Shown here piece by piece: positions 46,016 to 61,297 of a DNA stretch of 64,000 nucleotides. The stretch is taken from positions 35,780,437 through 35,844,436 of the forward strand of contig NC_092672.1 of NCBI RefSeq assembly GCF_964355755.1, given 5' to 3'. The DNA is from Antedon mediterranea (lineage: Eukaryota; Animalia; Echinodermata). The position numbers and the translations under genes are program-made. The notes beneath the pieces were generated by a model. It made no database searches, was not told where the DNA came from, and saw only the letters and a list, made by a program, of their open reading frames with translations. Every line of letters begins with the position of its first letter. Within the stretch, counting starts at the first letter, position 1.

Positions 46016-49000
46016 ATGTCTAGTTTTGATTTAGAAAAATCTCTTAAAGCTCTGTCTACACTATCAAACTTTTTTGAAACTATCAAACTATCAAAGTATA
46101 TGTGAGAAAAAAATTGTACCCAAATATGGTAGTGATATGCCCAAATATGGTATTGATATGACAACATCATGCCCATATATGGGCACATCACATTTTTTTG
46201 TTACATAAACTTTGATAGTGTAGACAGAGCTTTATATGAATTTAAAAAGAATAAATATAGAATTACCAAAGTCAACAATATAACAAAACCTAACTAATTA
46301 GATGCTAGTTTGTCAAAGTGTAAAACTAATACACTGCATGTAAAAACCTCATTAGAAAGATATGCGTGTGTGTGCATATATCGCTGTATTGTGAAACAAT
46401 GTAATCTTCACATTTTGTAACATTTTTGTATGTGTGAATCGGGTATTAGGTGAATATCAGGTTTTTGAGTGTTCTTTAAAATTCAATAATAAAATTGGCA
46501 GTGAAGCCTATTTGACAATGACATTAACTAGCCATGAAAGGCTCAGGAGTTTAAACATGTGCTCAGCAGGTCTATTACAATGTCATTACACATCAAAATG
46601 TGTTTATTGTCTAAACTATTTACAATGAGAAGATATCTGTCAGAATATATTTAATATCACAACTTTATCCTTATCACTTTATATCATTTGCCAATGTATC
46701 ATCTGATATTTAACACCGTATGGTAAATTATAAAAACTCAAATTTCATATTTATTTGAGACAAATTATGATTATTATTTCAATAATAAAATGTAAAACAA
46801 ACCGTGTATCCCTGTGTTTTACTCTGACACCAGCGAAGAAGCGCATTTCGCTTTGAACCACCACCTTCATGACGTACAAGTGCAGTTAATGGGTCCTTTT
46901 TCTCTGGTGCTTCACTAGAAAATATAATAAATATGAATAAATTTACAAATAAAAATGATGCTAGATTAAAAGGTTTGGGTTTTAATCTACTTTATAATGC
47001 ATACATTTCAACTATGAGCCATACATATTCTTATTTAAATAAGTACAGTATTTATATTATTAAAAAACCTCATTAACTAGTACTTTTTAAATTCTAAACA
47101 TAACTAGCTTTTATAGCAATAACATTATCTAATTCAAACATCATTTTAACAAGATATCAATAAGTTCATTATTGTACACAAATTTACTTTGGGGTAAAAT
47201 TAATATATACTTTTTTAAGGAAATAAGATCCAAGAGACTAAAAGATAATGAGGTAAGCTTGAGTCACCTTCCTTAAAGATGTCTCAGATAGCTCTAGTCT
47301 ACCTAGTCACAGACATCCTCATCTAAAACCATTGCTTTCAATTTTAGTCAATAGCGCTGTATATCTTCAATTTAGTTTATAGCTAAAAGTAACTAAATAT
47401 TGTAGGTTTCCTTCAACAAACAAATATCAAAGTACCTATACAGTTCTGTCTATACTATCAAACTGCCCATATATGGACATGATGATGTCATAGCACTACC
47501 ATATTTGTGCATATCACTACCATATTTGTGCATATCACTACCATATTTGTGCATATCACTACCATATTTGGGCATATCACATTATAGTTTGATAGTGTAG
47601 ACAGAGCTTTAAAACTTTTTAACTGGTAAAAAGTTACTTTAAAAGTTAAAGTTGAAATAGTATACATTCAAAAGGCAGATTTAAAAGTAAGTTGAATAAA
47701 TAAGTAAATTAAAGTTAGTCAGCAATTGCTTAATTGGTAGAAAATACATACACTAATACTGACCACAGATGTCCTCATTACTAGCATTGCGCTCAATTAC
47801 TTTAAATTACTGCTATTTAGGTAAACTTAATTTAAAGTAATTAGCACGTCATACTATCGCCCGTATTCTTAAACCGGACTTTAGTCGTAGTTCGAAGTTC
47901 GACTTGGAAAAGTCGTAGTTCGAGCTATTACTTCAAATTCGATTCAAAAACGAAGTAGTCGAAGTTTGCAGTTCGACTTAATGAAGTCGAGCTTTTAGTC
48001 GAGTTGCACACGTCTGGGTAACAAAGGCTATACATTGGCCAATGACAAGAGAGTATTTGAGGAGCAGACGAAATTTTGCGCATTGATATCACTTTCCATT
48101 TCTTACAACACTTTTTACGCATCAGGACTATATACATGAAAAATAATTTTAATCGTTAATTATTAGAACAATATCAGTATTAATTTAACAGTGAAGTATA
48201 TTTGATTAACAACAAATAAAATCTTAAAAATATATTTAGGAACCATGGCGGTACGGTAACTTTTATATTTTCTAGGACCCCAACAAAGTATGATCGCCAC
48301 GAACCACGCACTTCATAGCGTGACAAGAAAGCGCTAGGCCCCCTAAACATTCCATCGCGTGGTGAATTGCCGCATCTCCCATTGTCGCTATGGCGTGACG
48401 TAGCTCAAGTCGGACTTGCGCGAAGAAAATAATGTAATTTGTATACAGTTGTAAATAAAGATGATTTTAATTATTATAATTTATACCAATGTATATTTAA
48501 TTAAGCTAATATAAATATAGATATTTCATTCTTCAATATCTGGCCAATATAACAACTCAATGACTGTTACGTTTTTTATAAACATCGTTTAAAAACCATT
48601 TAGTCGACCATTTAGTCTGCCCCCTCCAGGACTAAAAAAATCGATCAAAATCCGTCTCGATTTAGTCGAGGTTGGCCTGATTTAGTCGGTGATTTAGTTG
48701 AAGTTCGGTTTATGAATTAAAATGACGTCATTTTTTTAGTTTTAGCTCGAACTACGACTAAAGTCCGGTTTAAGAATACGGGCGTAAGCCTCAACACTAG
48801 GTAGTTATGAAAGATGAAATTTAATTATTCTGCTAGGGAACCCTTAAAATTACAAACTTAAATTATGAAATACATTCAACTAGATTCTTTTACAAGTTAA
48901 ACACCTAAAATTGGTACTAATGTTTGCATTGTTGATGACTAAATTTAAGAAGTCGTGAAATAATTCTAGGAACAATCGCTAAAAAATAAAGTTTTGAATA

Positions 49001-52000
49001 GAAACATTTTATTTTTTATTGAATTCTACAGGAAATTCACATTGATTAAAACGTAGCGCGAGTAAAGTAGAAATTTGTGTGGGTGAATGATTTTTATGAA
49101 TAACAATCTTTTAATGACCAAGGAAGAAGGACAAGGGCAATGAAATGAACAACTGATACAATGACGCCAAGATTGACAACTAGGACACTAATGTCAAGAA
49201 TAGTTTGTCTAAAATCAACGACAAAGGCACGATTACAGACTCTAATTTAAGTCTTTAAAACCTAGTTTAAAATTATCAATTCCAGTAGAACCACCATTAT
49301 TGGGGGACACCTTCGGGACCACCAAATGGTCCCCTTAAGAGGAGGAGTGACCTTGAATTGAGGTTGACTGATAGTGTTAAAACAATATTGCTCACTTATT
49401 TGTTTCAAAGGAAATTGTCCCCTTAATAGGGGTAAATGAGGAGTTTCTACTGTGTACAACTAATAACAAATTACAATATTCAACACTGGAATTTACCATT
49501 TATTTTGTAACCATTAAATATGGTTGTAATTTCTGCATTTTTTTTTCATTCAATATGCAGTATCCTACATTATTAGTCACTTCATTTTTTGAATTTTCTA
49601 AATTGTCTGATTTAAAAAATGTCCTTTTAAACATAATTTCTCTTTAATTTCAATATAAAAAAGCATACTGTCCCTTTAAACGTTCACTAAAGGATTATGA
49701 GTAAAAACTTCCATAATGAATATTGAAGATAAATGAACTTTTAAGCGTAATTTGCATTAGAGTTTAATCATTTATTCACTTGTAAAATCCTCTTCCTCTA
49801 AAAGATTACACTTCTTAGAAATTAATCATCATTATTGCAATTTTCACAATTTAATAAATTGTTAACATTCATTGTCAAAATGCATACAATTACTGTATGG
49901 AAAATGTTATATCAATAATAAAATAATAAATTCACTGTGTAGCAAGCTTTTTAAAATACATTATTATATTGACTGTATTTAATAAAAGAATTACAATCAA
50001 TTTTGGATGGAATGAAACAAAAGATAATAATAGCAAGTCATCTTAATGCTTTCATAAAGTTTCAACTTTACATCTAAAGGGACTATTTTTCCTGCACGTT
50101 AGAATTTAATGCAACATATGACCTTAGGTCATCCAATACATGTGCAAAAATTAATCCCACACTTTGTAACTTTCACCTTTTCTACCGTTTGTCACATTGT
50201 AATGAAAGTGTCTAGTGTTTGATGAATAACTGATAAATATATTTCATAAGCATAGACAAACTATAAACTGGCTGGAGTGATACTGTATTATATTGGAAAA
50301 AACCTTAAGGAAATCTGTGAAAATGAGAAAAAACACTCCACGAATAAGATAATATAATTTTATATTTAAAAAAAATGAGAAAAGGATTGAGAAACTTACT
50401 TCTGTCTTCTTTGTGATATAACTGCAGACGTCTTAATTCCATTGCTGTCCTTAGTTGATGTATTGGTCGGTGAAGAATTAGAAGTAGAATTCTTCCGGTT
50501 TGGAAAATCTGCTCTTCTGTACAGCACATCTCCAATCGCTTGCCTCGCATCGGTTCTTGTCGTCGGTGTGCGCGATATAGCTGATGGACTCAAACTCTTC
50601 CTGGTTTCATTTGGTGACATCAATGGTGTACTGGCCCGGCGTAATAACGGTGGTGGTGTCTTTGATTCAGTTTTTGTGGAGACGACAGCTGTGTTGCGTC
50701 TTTCTAAAGCTGGTCTTGATGAGAATGCTGGAGACGATCGACCAGAAGATCCATTTGATGGTGTCTGAGCAAGAATATCAGGCTCAGTCAGAGGGGATGG
50801 AGAAACCGGAGGATGGGTTCCATTCTGGGACGAGACATTTTCAATAGATCTTACAAGAGATTTTACAGAAAGAGGTGGAGTGTTCTTACGTCCTGCATTT
50901 CCATGCCACAGTTGAGCTAATTCTTTATCAGCAGGCTTCATGTATGCCTGCATCCTTTTTCTAATTTCACTCTCTGTTGGTGGTGGCTGTGCTTTAACTT
51001 GTACAGGTACAGGCAGCTGCCTTGGTACCTTCTTAAGTCTCTCAACTTCTTGCTCCAAACTGTTAATCTTATCGAAAAGTTCCAACCGTTCTTTCACAAG
51101 CTTCTCGTTCGATATTTGAGCCTCGCTGCGATAATCATTTGCGATCACCACGGCCAATTGTAAATCTTTCTGAAATGTCTTCCATTCATCGGCTGCCATT
51201 GTACTAGTTCTTTTCAACTCATTCAAATTTCTGTTCAAGTCCTGTTTTTCTTGTTTTACATTCTGCAGAGATTTATTCAGGTCTGATATCGTTTGAAGAT
51301 GCAGCTGTGTGTCTGCTTTATGGCGTTCTGATTCTTCATCCATCTCTTCAATTGCATCTTTTAGATTAATAATCTCCGTTTCTAATTCTTGCTTTTCACA
51401 CTCAAGTTCATCAATTGTTTCTTTCATAGCGGATAACTCCTCATGTCTTTCATTCTCATACATTTGTTCATACTTCTCTAATTGTTCATGCAACTGTTCT
51501 GTCTCTTCTTTGCTTGTTTCCAATTCTTTTTCAAGCATAATACATCGGTTTTCAATCAGTTCTTTTTCCGAGGCAGCATGCTCAATTAGTTTTTCTAGAT
51601 TTAAAGTTCCATCTGGATCTTGGAACTGAACCAAATCTGCAGATTTCATCTTTTCATCAACTAATTGTACTTTTACCTTGTTCAAATTTTCTTCTGCATT
51701 TATTAGTAATTCATTAAAGTGATCCATGTCACGTTCTATTTTTTCTTTTTCATTTATTAACTCTTCATTAACTTGCTCAGTTTCAAGAAGTTTGTCCTGT
51801 AGTTTTGCATAATTGTTTCTAGTATCGCGTTGGTCTATCAAAGTTGCTAGAAATTTTTGTCCTTCCACGCTTGTTTTATTTGCTTCCACAAGCTCTGTTA
51901 CTTGTTTATATGTTTCATCTTTTCCTTTAGATTTATCATCAGTTGATTTACTATCATATTCTATTTCATTTTCTTTTATAAAATTGTTAAAATGTTCAAT

Positions 52001-55000
52001 AGACTTTTCCAAACGCTGGAGCTTTTCCATTTGTTGACACAAAAGTTCAAAAAGAAGAACTTTTTCTTCATTTAGTTTATCATTATCCAAAGAAAGAAAG
52101 TTATTGTTTTCTTGTAAGTCTGTAAGTTCTTGTAATGTTGCTTGTAATTCTTCATTAACTGTATAATGATTCTCCTCCATTTGAAGGATCCGATCTTGCA
52201 AGCAAGCTACTGACCCTTCTCCTTCACTACTTACTATATCCCAATTGTTATCAGATGTATTTGATGGATCATCAGCTAGAATTGATCCACCATCTGAAGA
52301 TGAAGATGGCATAAATGGAAGTAAGAACAATTCATTTACAAGACTACCTTCTGACGGCATACGCTCAAGCGTGGTTCCATCTTGCTCCGTCGGTAACGTC
52401 GGACTTTCTCCGTGTAATCGTGAACTTCCTTCTAATGCAAGTAACATTGCTTTTTCATAGTCCGTTTTTGAGTACTGCATAGATGAATCCAATGCTGTTA
52501 TTTTATCTTTCAAATTCCTGTTCTCTTGTTTCAACAGTTCTAACTGCTGTCGCATTGCCATGTTTTCTTGTTGTGTTTGTTGCAGAAGCTCGTTTATCTC
52601 CGTCCAGCCAGCGGTATTCAAGTCCGTCTGACTCATGTTGGCAGTAACCCGCTCAGTTAAATCGTCACTGGTGGAATGTTCTACCGGCGTTGAAGGGGTG
52701 GTATCATCAACCTGTTGAGATAAAATGCAATGAATAAAACATCGTAGATTTCTGAAATATCTATATTCTTTTGACAAACATAGTCTTCTGATAAAAAATA
52801 TTGATCCAATTCAAGTAGAAGTATTTAATTTGAAAATGAAACTCTAAGTTGTCAAATGTATAGAAGGAAACGCACTTTGTTAAGTTTGAAGTGTTTAACA
52901 ACTTTTGGAATAAACCATTATTGTTATAGGTATACCTTTACAAAACCAAAGCACAAAATTTGAACTTCTTAATCCCTTGTAAGAAATCATAGTCTTCACA
53001 TAACCATTGGAATACATCTTGAGTCTTGTTCTGTTTGTTTTTTAAAGTAATTTTCCAAACATGACACATTTAGAACATTCTATTGCCCTTTCAGAGGTAA
53101 CCATTTCCTTTTAGGGATGGTCTAAAAATAACTTTAAATTGAGCTAAATTGAGCTAAAATAAGCATCAAATTTTGAACTATCTATGCTTAAATTAAATTA
53201 ACTCACTTGAGGTCAAATTAATCCTTGTTAGCATAAAATTAAAGTAACTAATTAAAATACAAATAGGCCAGTAATTTCATAACAGCTAAGAAGATTTTTA
53301 ATTAATTTAATATTGATTCTGCCAGTTATCCAATTTGTAATAATAACTACCAAACACAGAAGTACAAAATAACGTATTCATTTGAATTATGTGGTGTAGG
53401 GGAACTGAGGATTTCAGTAAATATGATATTACTGTATATAATAATATAAATTCTAAATAATGAAATACAGTATCAACTAATAGTACAGTAATGTAATAAT
53501 TATAAAGAGTGCATTTATAGATATTCTGACTATACTATTCTTTGAAACCTTACATATTTATTTGGCCATGCAAATTTTCCTGACAATTCTATAGAATTTG
53601 TCTTGTAATCTTCCTATTATGCTAAAGAATGGAACAAAATAAAGCTGATATTTAGTAGATTTCAGGTACTAACCTAGCGTTAAATCAGACTTAACACAGA
53701 ATAAACAACACAGAATAAGGGCATATCAAGTGAATTATCTAGTATTAGTAATACAGTAGCCTGTTCATAGACATAATTACAAATTATTTAGAAAATAAAG
53801 AACAAACTCTGTAAACAAAGACCCTATTGTTAAGTTTCTACTAATAATTGATATTGCAGACTAATAATAATATCACATTATTGCATAGAAAATGTAATTT
53901 GTGAATCCATTAGCTAGATTCGCTGACCTGGGTGTAAAACCTAGGATCATTTCATGTTCATCACATATCGTACTTCCATTAACATTTTGGTTCATCCAAA
54001 AAAAATGTTATTTGTGGCTATAAAATATGTAGTATAATGTTTTCTTATGTTTAATGTAGCCAGTGAATCTATTTGCATTAATATTCCTATGTTATTAATT
54101 TTAGACTATAAAATAATTTATTGTGTGAATTAATGAGACTGAATTGCTAGCTTCAAATTGCCAGGAAATGATTAATAATGCATTAGATAACTTATGAATA
54201 TTCATGAGGCTAAACTGTATTCATTTATAACACTGAGAGTGATGAATAATACTGTATATGGGGCAAAGTTAGTGTAGTGGTGACTTAATGTAGGTTTAAA
54301 TGTATCATTTTAACATCATTTAAATAATACATTTCTTTCTCACATTAATATTATCATTATCATACTCTATACTAACATTATTACAGTAATTCTATGGAGT
54401 ATCAATTCATATCGATCATTTCTTTGCATTAATAGAAAAAATCCATTTTAACCAACCAGCTTTTCTCCAGGTCAATTTGAGTCCATTTTTTTATACTTTT
54501 TATTTACATTTTTGTAAAATTTTATTGTACAATATAATTTGCCATTTATAAGAAAATCATAGACAACCAGCATTTTAACGGGAATACAACATATTTATCA
54601 GCTAATTTACATTTGTGCTAAAATATTCAGTGCATTACTGAACTGTACTTATCGTCACCTAGCAGAAAAAGAATGTTAAAATTGCTTGATGCTCCGACGA
54701 CGACGTGCAATAACAACATTATTCATGAGCTGGCTAGAGAATAATTTGAATTGATGTATCTCATTATACAGTAATTAGATTTAAAAAAAAGTTTTAAATT
54801 CAAATTCAAAAATTATAATGACTATTGTTTTCATTTATCTCAATTTATGGAACGACAAATGATAATAATTATTTATTGTTAAATTATTATCTAATTGCAT
54901 TTTCTTTTAAATTATTCTTTTAATTAAATCAACAGTCGCCAGGCATTATTTTAAATAATGCCTGGTGAGTGTTGATTGTTAAGTCTGTTATGGCATCATT

Positions 55001-57584
55001 ATAGGCTTGTTCACCCTAGTACATTATATTCTTTTGAAATCGATGGAAAGGAGAGGGGGGGGGGGAGGGGTAGAAAGGGTTGAAGTGTTTGGTGGAAGAG
55101 ATAAAATAAAAAAAAATTCACACCATTATTCATTCTAAGAATAGTATTAAGTTTTCTATTATTTAAAAAAAATACTTCTTTAAAATGTATTGATACAGTA
55201 CTTGTGTGATGTATAGAATAGTTAAAAATTGAACTTGGATACAAACAAAAATGAACACAAAAGGGCATAAATTGTTTTTAATAATATGATTATGAACTCA
55301 GAATATCTCATATCTACATCTTCTTAATCTGCTGTAGGATATGACTTGCATTTAATATGTAAAATTCAGTTTTTTAATGCACGTTCATAATCAGAATACT
55401 GTAGTTATATGAATAAGGGTAACCGTACTTTTTAAATTTTCATAGAATAGCTACAGGCTAAAAAACAAATAAGCTTTGTAGACAGAACAAGAGATAGTAT
55501 CACAGTAGTGTAACACAAAGACATAGTAGCAAAAATAGTTAAACTTCACCCAGCAGATGTCAGCATACACTTTGTATTAATATCGTGAGGTGGTTTCCCG
55601 ATTAATCGTACGATCAAAACGGTACTGGGTATGATCAACTAGCGTTCGTGTTCCCACCTAATCATCCATTCATAGAAGTACTGATGAAGATATCAATCTG
55701 TGGCGACAATAGAATGGACCCGAGACCTGGCTATCTTCGACTTTTAAATAATAGAAAGTTTAGAAAAATGTTTTTGTTAGACTAGAAATGTACGTTGTAT
55801 GTATATTGAAAAATGGTTGTAGTTTTCAAAATTACGTTGTATAAGTTGCGATGTGAAAAACTGTTATTTGATCGTTAGTTGTCGTGTACATAAAGCAAAA
55901 ATATAAATATAATAAAATAAAATAAAAATCGTTAGTAAAACTTTAAAAAAAAAGAGTAAAGATATAAGGAAGAAAAGCAAAGAGATCATGGAGCGGCTGT
56001 ACCAGAATATACAACACTAAGTATTGTAAAGTTAAAAACTAAAAATGTAGGCGATTAATATCCATCTAGACAAAAGGAGATGCTAGGTTAATACCCAGTT
56101 TACCCATTAAAAAAAAAGAAAAAAATGATTAAACAACTGATAATGTTTACAAGTTAAGTGGAGGTGTAGCTTGGTGGTGGTTAGTGCTTGCCTTCAAATC
56201 CAAATGTCCAGGGTTCAAGTCTGACATACTGTAGTGCAAGTTTTGTAACCACCACTGATAATGCCTACAGTACTCAATACCTATACCATAAGTCTGAATT
56301 ACTGATAAGACTGATATATATTAAAGCATGATGTAGTTTATCAATCCTGTAATTGCCGAGTTACTAGTAAGTTTATGGATGGTACTATATGAATTTATAA
56401 AATGTGTATGATATCACCTTATGATGCATGACACCAAAATACACTAAATGAATAGAAAAATATTTGAAATGACAAATTACTTATATGCCCTTTTTAAACG
56501 ACCTATAGCAACATCCATAATATTAATTTGAAAAGCAACCAAAGTCAGTTCAGACTCACTTAGTTCATTATTGATCACAGTGCTTTCATAATATTATTAT
56601 TTCAACCTTCACATTATCAAACCATGCATTAACGAATGAAAGCTCGGAATTTGGTGTAGATAAATTCATGAAAACACGTTTACACTGCCTCCATGTTGCA
56701 ACAATTAATTTATAAAATTGTAATTATTATCATAAACAATTTCTGTAACACTTTTATTAAAAGGTGTGTAAAAGATTCATGGTTTATATTTCAATAAATA
56801 AATAAATAAATAAACAACTACACTGGAATATGTTTGTAATGACAACAAATATGGTAGGAGGAGTCAAGTCTTGCCACACCTTTTCATGGAACGCATGCAA
56901 AGTATACAACAACACTCACATTTATTAATAAAACCTCATTAGATGAACTGTTCAAATGCCAGTTATATTGAAATAACTATAAGCAGTAGTAACCACTTCA
57001 TACTGTACTATTCCACCATCCTCCTTCTATATAAAATATTTTCAAAATCTACTAATTAGCACAGATGCGAGCTTATTTATCTCTATTTTACCATTTTAAT
57101 AGGACACATTTTGCTGCAAAATATTATTATTAATCAATAAAATTATCATAATACAGCATAATACTTTAATACTAGCATACGTTTCCTGTGTTTAATGTTA
57201 TTAACCGACTGCAGACAATCTAGGCTTCTAACGAAAAGGTTGTATAATAAATTATACATTCAATACAATAAATTACAACTGAAACCAATATTTGTATAAA
57301 ACATACCACTAGCATAAATAATTTGAACGTAATATTTACATAGCACAATTAATTATTAAATACTCTATAAAATAATTTTTAGTGAATGTGTGTAATTAAT
57401 ATTAAAAAATTTACATTGTTTAAGATGCAAACAAATTTAGACAGATAATATATTAACGAGATAGCGAATTTGTGAATATTATTACGGAGATCACAATTAT
57501 CGCTGATCTGTGTACTGCAGAAGACAATCAATAAACAGCACACAGCATGATGGATGCCGTCTGACACATACTTACATCTGCCAT
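44764..57584 (-). CDS. SPECC1L: Cytospin (SPECC1/SPECC1L family): long coiled coil plus C-terminal calponin-homology domain, ~899 aa
   Basis: Exons (minus): 57584-57576 (ATG GCA GAT|GTAAGT, tentative), 52711-50400, 46914-46803, 45767-45651, 45116-45057, 44853-44764. Motifs [17 protein letters not shown]...[81 protein letters not shown]. Likely co-ortholog of SPECC1 and SPECC1L. A possible non-coding first exon has a donor near 62209. Confidence 0.9.
46048..46231. mobile_element. Dominant MITE copy
   Basis: TIRs and core; flanks TAA...TTA. Confidence 0.83.
47442..47608. mobile_element. Dominant MITE copy with an expanded internal 21-bp repeat
   Basis: About four CATATCACTACCATATTTGTG units. 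Confidence 0.8.
47858..48784. mobile_element. ~930-bp non-autonomous DNA transposon (Harbinger-like), CpG-rich
   Basis: Perfect 38-bp TIR CGCCCGTATTCTTAAACCGGACTTTAGTCGTAGTTCGA; flanks TAT/TAA. Confidence 0.8.
56160..56240 (+). mobile_element. Degenerate tRNA-derived SINE head
   Basis: TAGCTTGGTGG A-box-like and GGTTCAAGTC B-box-like motifs. Confidence 0.45.
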
Positions 57585-59043
57585 TGCAAAATCCGTTCAC
57601 GAAGCTAAAAACGGCCTAGCAAAACCCCAGCATACGTGCATGCAAATGAAAGGGAAATCTCCTCTCAGCAAAATAAATCCAGAATTTTATTTTTCATTAT
57701 TGAGTCCAGCGATGTATGTTAATTCAACCAATAGATGTTGTAAAGCCAGTACGGTAGGCTTTTGTGTAAGGCAGTTATTTCACGCTTGACTGATTCGAAT
57801 ACCTAATCAGGTTATTTTATGGCATAATATCGTGGCATTATGATAGGCTTTACTTGCTTATGCTCAGTTGCAGATGAAAAATAGAAAAATATTTTGAAAG
57901 ATTGCCTAAACGTGTAATGAGTGTTTAGATGTAATTAAGCATTATGATCAAAGCAATCAAGTATTTTAGACAAATACCGCTTGAAAGTTCTAACAATAAG
58001 TAATCTTTTAAGGGGCAAAATTTTTTAATTTTTATATTTTTAAATCATATCATTTTTTTTTTGCTACGGGAAATATATAAAGTTACAATCAAAGGAACAA
58101 AGTTTTTTAACAACAGCGTTCAACAATTATTATATTAATTTTTCCACCTTTACTGTGATTTTAAAATAATAATAATAATTTATTCAATTTCACTTAAAAT
58201 TTTAAATAAAAAATTAAGTGAAAAAAATTATAACTTACAGTCACATTTTGTTGGTTTAAAACTAAATAGAAATTCAGTTTCAACCCAGCTATTTTGTCTG
58301 TCCCCCACTCCTACCAACCAACATTACAAAGATAGAAGTTAGAATAGGGCACTCGCCATTTTTAGGCCCACCTCCACCCTCTAGTCATAATAGTTATATT
58401 TGGTTAAATTATAAAATTATCTTATTGCTCTTACCGTTATATTATCCAAGTTTGCAGTTTTAGAACAATCAGAAATTTCAAATATTTAAATCAGAAACCA
58501 ATAGTGACAACGCAGTGCTACGATCCATCATCATGTCAAGAATGAAACTCAAAAACTGTGGAAAATTGACACTTTTTACTATTATAAAGGTAACTGTACA
58601 TAAATTAGGGCAGGCTTTAAATTTTGTCCATCCCCAATTGTTCTATTCAATGTCAATGACAATAGTTTGTCAGTGGGCCGCTAAAAGACAAGGTAGAGCG
58701 TGAAATAGATAGAACTATTTATGAACAACTATTGTCCTGTAATCACGTTCCAGCGGGTTTGTGACCTCAAAAGTCAAAGAAATGCTTACAACAAGTTATA
58801 CATAAAATGATTAATTCAAGGTAATATCTAAATAAAGAAAACAAAATTTCAACAATCACAATAAAAGACCATTTCACAACATTGCAACTAACTGTACCAT
58901 AGTTGGGATTGTGACCTAAAAAGTCACAAAAGGGTCACAGAAATATTTTGTTCATTGACTAATTGTACTTTTTATAACATCACCCTAAATATGGGAGCTG
59001 TACGCACCCGTTGCACCCCCCCTGCGTACGGCCCTGATTTGTA

Positions 59044-59300
59044 TGTCCTCTTTTTTGAGAGAGAGGCTATTGTTGGTTTATCCAGGTAAGCTGGCACGAA
59101 ATATGCTACACACAGCCTTAAACTGTTACACAGTACATTGGTACAATCATTTATATAACACAGATTATACACCGATAGGAGTGACGTGCTCTGCTGTTTT
59201 CTTCTTTTCATAATTTGAATGTCCTCTCTTGGAGAGTGAGGCTATGTTTGGTTTATCCAGGTAAACTGGCAAAATAGGCTACACATGGCCTCAAACTGTT
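59044..59300. repeat. Two diverged ~85-bp direct repeats
   Basis: TGTCCTCT..GAGGCTAT..TTGGTTTATCCAGGTAA.CTGGCA at 59044 and 59220. Confidence 0.7.
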
Positions 59301-61297
59301 TTATGAAAGTTCCAAAATATTAGATTAGGATTAATGAGATAAAATAGAAAATAAAAAACAAAATATTTAAGCATTCAACAAGGTTGAAAACATTAGGATT
59401 ATGAGATATCACCACATGAAGGGTTCAAGGGTGATATGTAATTCAATTATAAGTGTTATTTTTTGGGAAATGTTAACATTTAAATCTCAAAGAATGCTAT
59501 CCAATGAATTTGCATGGTAACTGATCAATCTGGATTTCCTTATAAGACCTTTGTGGTATCAAAGAGATTGAGGACTTAACTTATATTCTACACTTTGTGA
59601 ACTTTAGGGAATCTGATATTTATACTAAAGTTAGAGTGGGATGTGTAATGTTTCCTGACGAAGCGTTCAAAACATTTGTGATCTATTCATAGCAAAATGT
59701 ACATTTATTTTTATATTTTAGAAGTGAAAATGAAATTCCCATAAAATAGTTCACAGGATGGGTGCCTCAGGCCTTGTTTGAAAATCATAGGTGTGCTACA
59801 AATTGCACTCCTCAATACATTCAGGGGTGCTGTAGGTGTGCTGTTTGTATTTGGTGTGTAGAAGTTTACCAAATTTAAGCGTGTTGTAAATCGCACTCCT
59901 CAAGGGCAGTTTAGGAGTGTGTTAAGCGAGTGATCACACTCACTCGCCTTAAAAGACAAGGCCTGGTGCCTGGGTGGTGCTTTGATCTAACCGATGGTGG
60001 GGTACAGGTGGTATTACTCACCTAAAGGTATAAACTACATGTGTATAGGTAAAGGGGTTTTCTTTTTTATTTTAGGCTTGAATTTAAAAAAATAGTTAGG
60101 GTTGTTAAAATGTGTAAAAACATTAAGCTGGCCTTTTGATAAACAAGATTTAGACTGAACTAAGTCACTAGTCTATAATAGTAATAATAAATACTTATTA
60201 GTAAACAGAAATAACTGTGTGAACATTACAAAATAAGGAAACACAATAATGCTATGCACTGTATAGAAATATTATGTATTCAACTAAAAATGGCTAAACA
60301 AATTTTACATTACTGAACTTAAATTTTACGGTAAAAACATGTCAAATATCAGGTAGAAAATATGCTACAAAACATAAATTATGATTACCTTTAAATGTTA
60401 TTGGGTATATATTCCTGATCCAGTATGTCTAGTCATGTTATGCTATAAGTAGTTGTAGACCTATATCATTCGTCGTCTAGTATGTACATGGTCAACAGAC
60501 AGGATGTAATGTTTACCTCACAACTTCCTACCAACTGCATAGGAAACTTAATGTTTTTTCGCTACATTCAAAAGCAATTATTATTATTATTGGTTATTCC
60601 ACCTACGATGATGCCTTGGTCGAGCTGTGCTTAGGTACACTTATTGATAGACGTTGAGAACTTTTTACTTTATTTGCCAAAAGCCTTGGTAGAGATTCTT
60701 CTATAGGTAGACTACAAGTAATTTTAAAACCAATTTTATACATATTTTGTAAATTGAAATACAACTTAGCATGTGTTTGCTGCTATATTTTAATCTATGA
60801 ATAAATACCAACGAATAATTTATATTTGGGTAAGTAAATGTGTGTAATATATTGGTTATTAAATGCATAGCATTTTCTTGATAGAATGATACAGTACTGT
60901 ATATGGATTTTAAAGTAATATTGCTATGGATATATTTATATGTCACCATGATATTCCGAAATAAAAAGATGAATAAATTAATGAATATTATTAAATAATG
61001 GATATTATTTAAATAAATAATTATTATTATTGTTTATTATTGTTTTTTTTTTGGGTAGGAGATGGTGGTTGTTCCCCAAATTAAATTGTCTTTACTCTAT
61101 GTTGAAACAATGAATTTCAGGCATGGTAACTATCACTATCATGCTAAGAACAACGAGCCACTACACCACCAAATATTGATAATTTAGACAATAGGCTTAC
61201 TCAACTTTTTACTTGATAAAATTTATTTAAAACTAATCAGTGTTTTAAAAAAAATTTCAAAAACTGACGTTATTTAAAATTTTGATTAATGAAGATA

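Noticed and set aside
50442-52460. Several plus-strand ORFs inside the large cytospin exon (and minus-strand ORFs at 24820-25314 in MTMR)
   Set aside because: Antisense shadows of real coding exons.
56160-56240. Functional tRNA gene (also 33045-33158 and 39395-39415)
   Set aside because: A/B-box-like motifs only; acceptor stem and cloverleaf are not intact.
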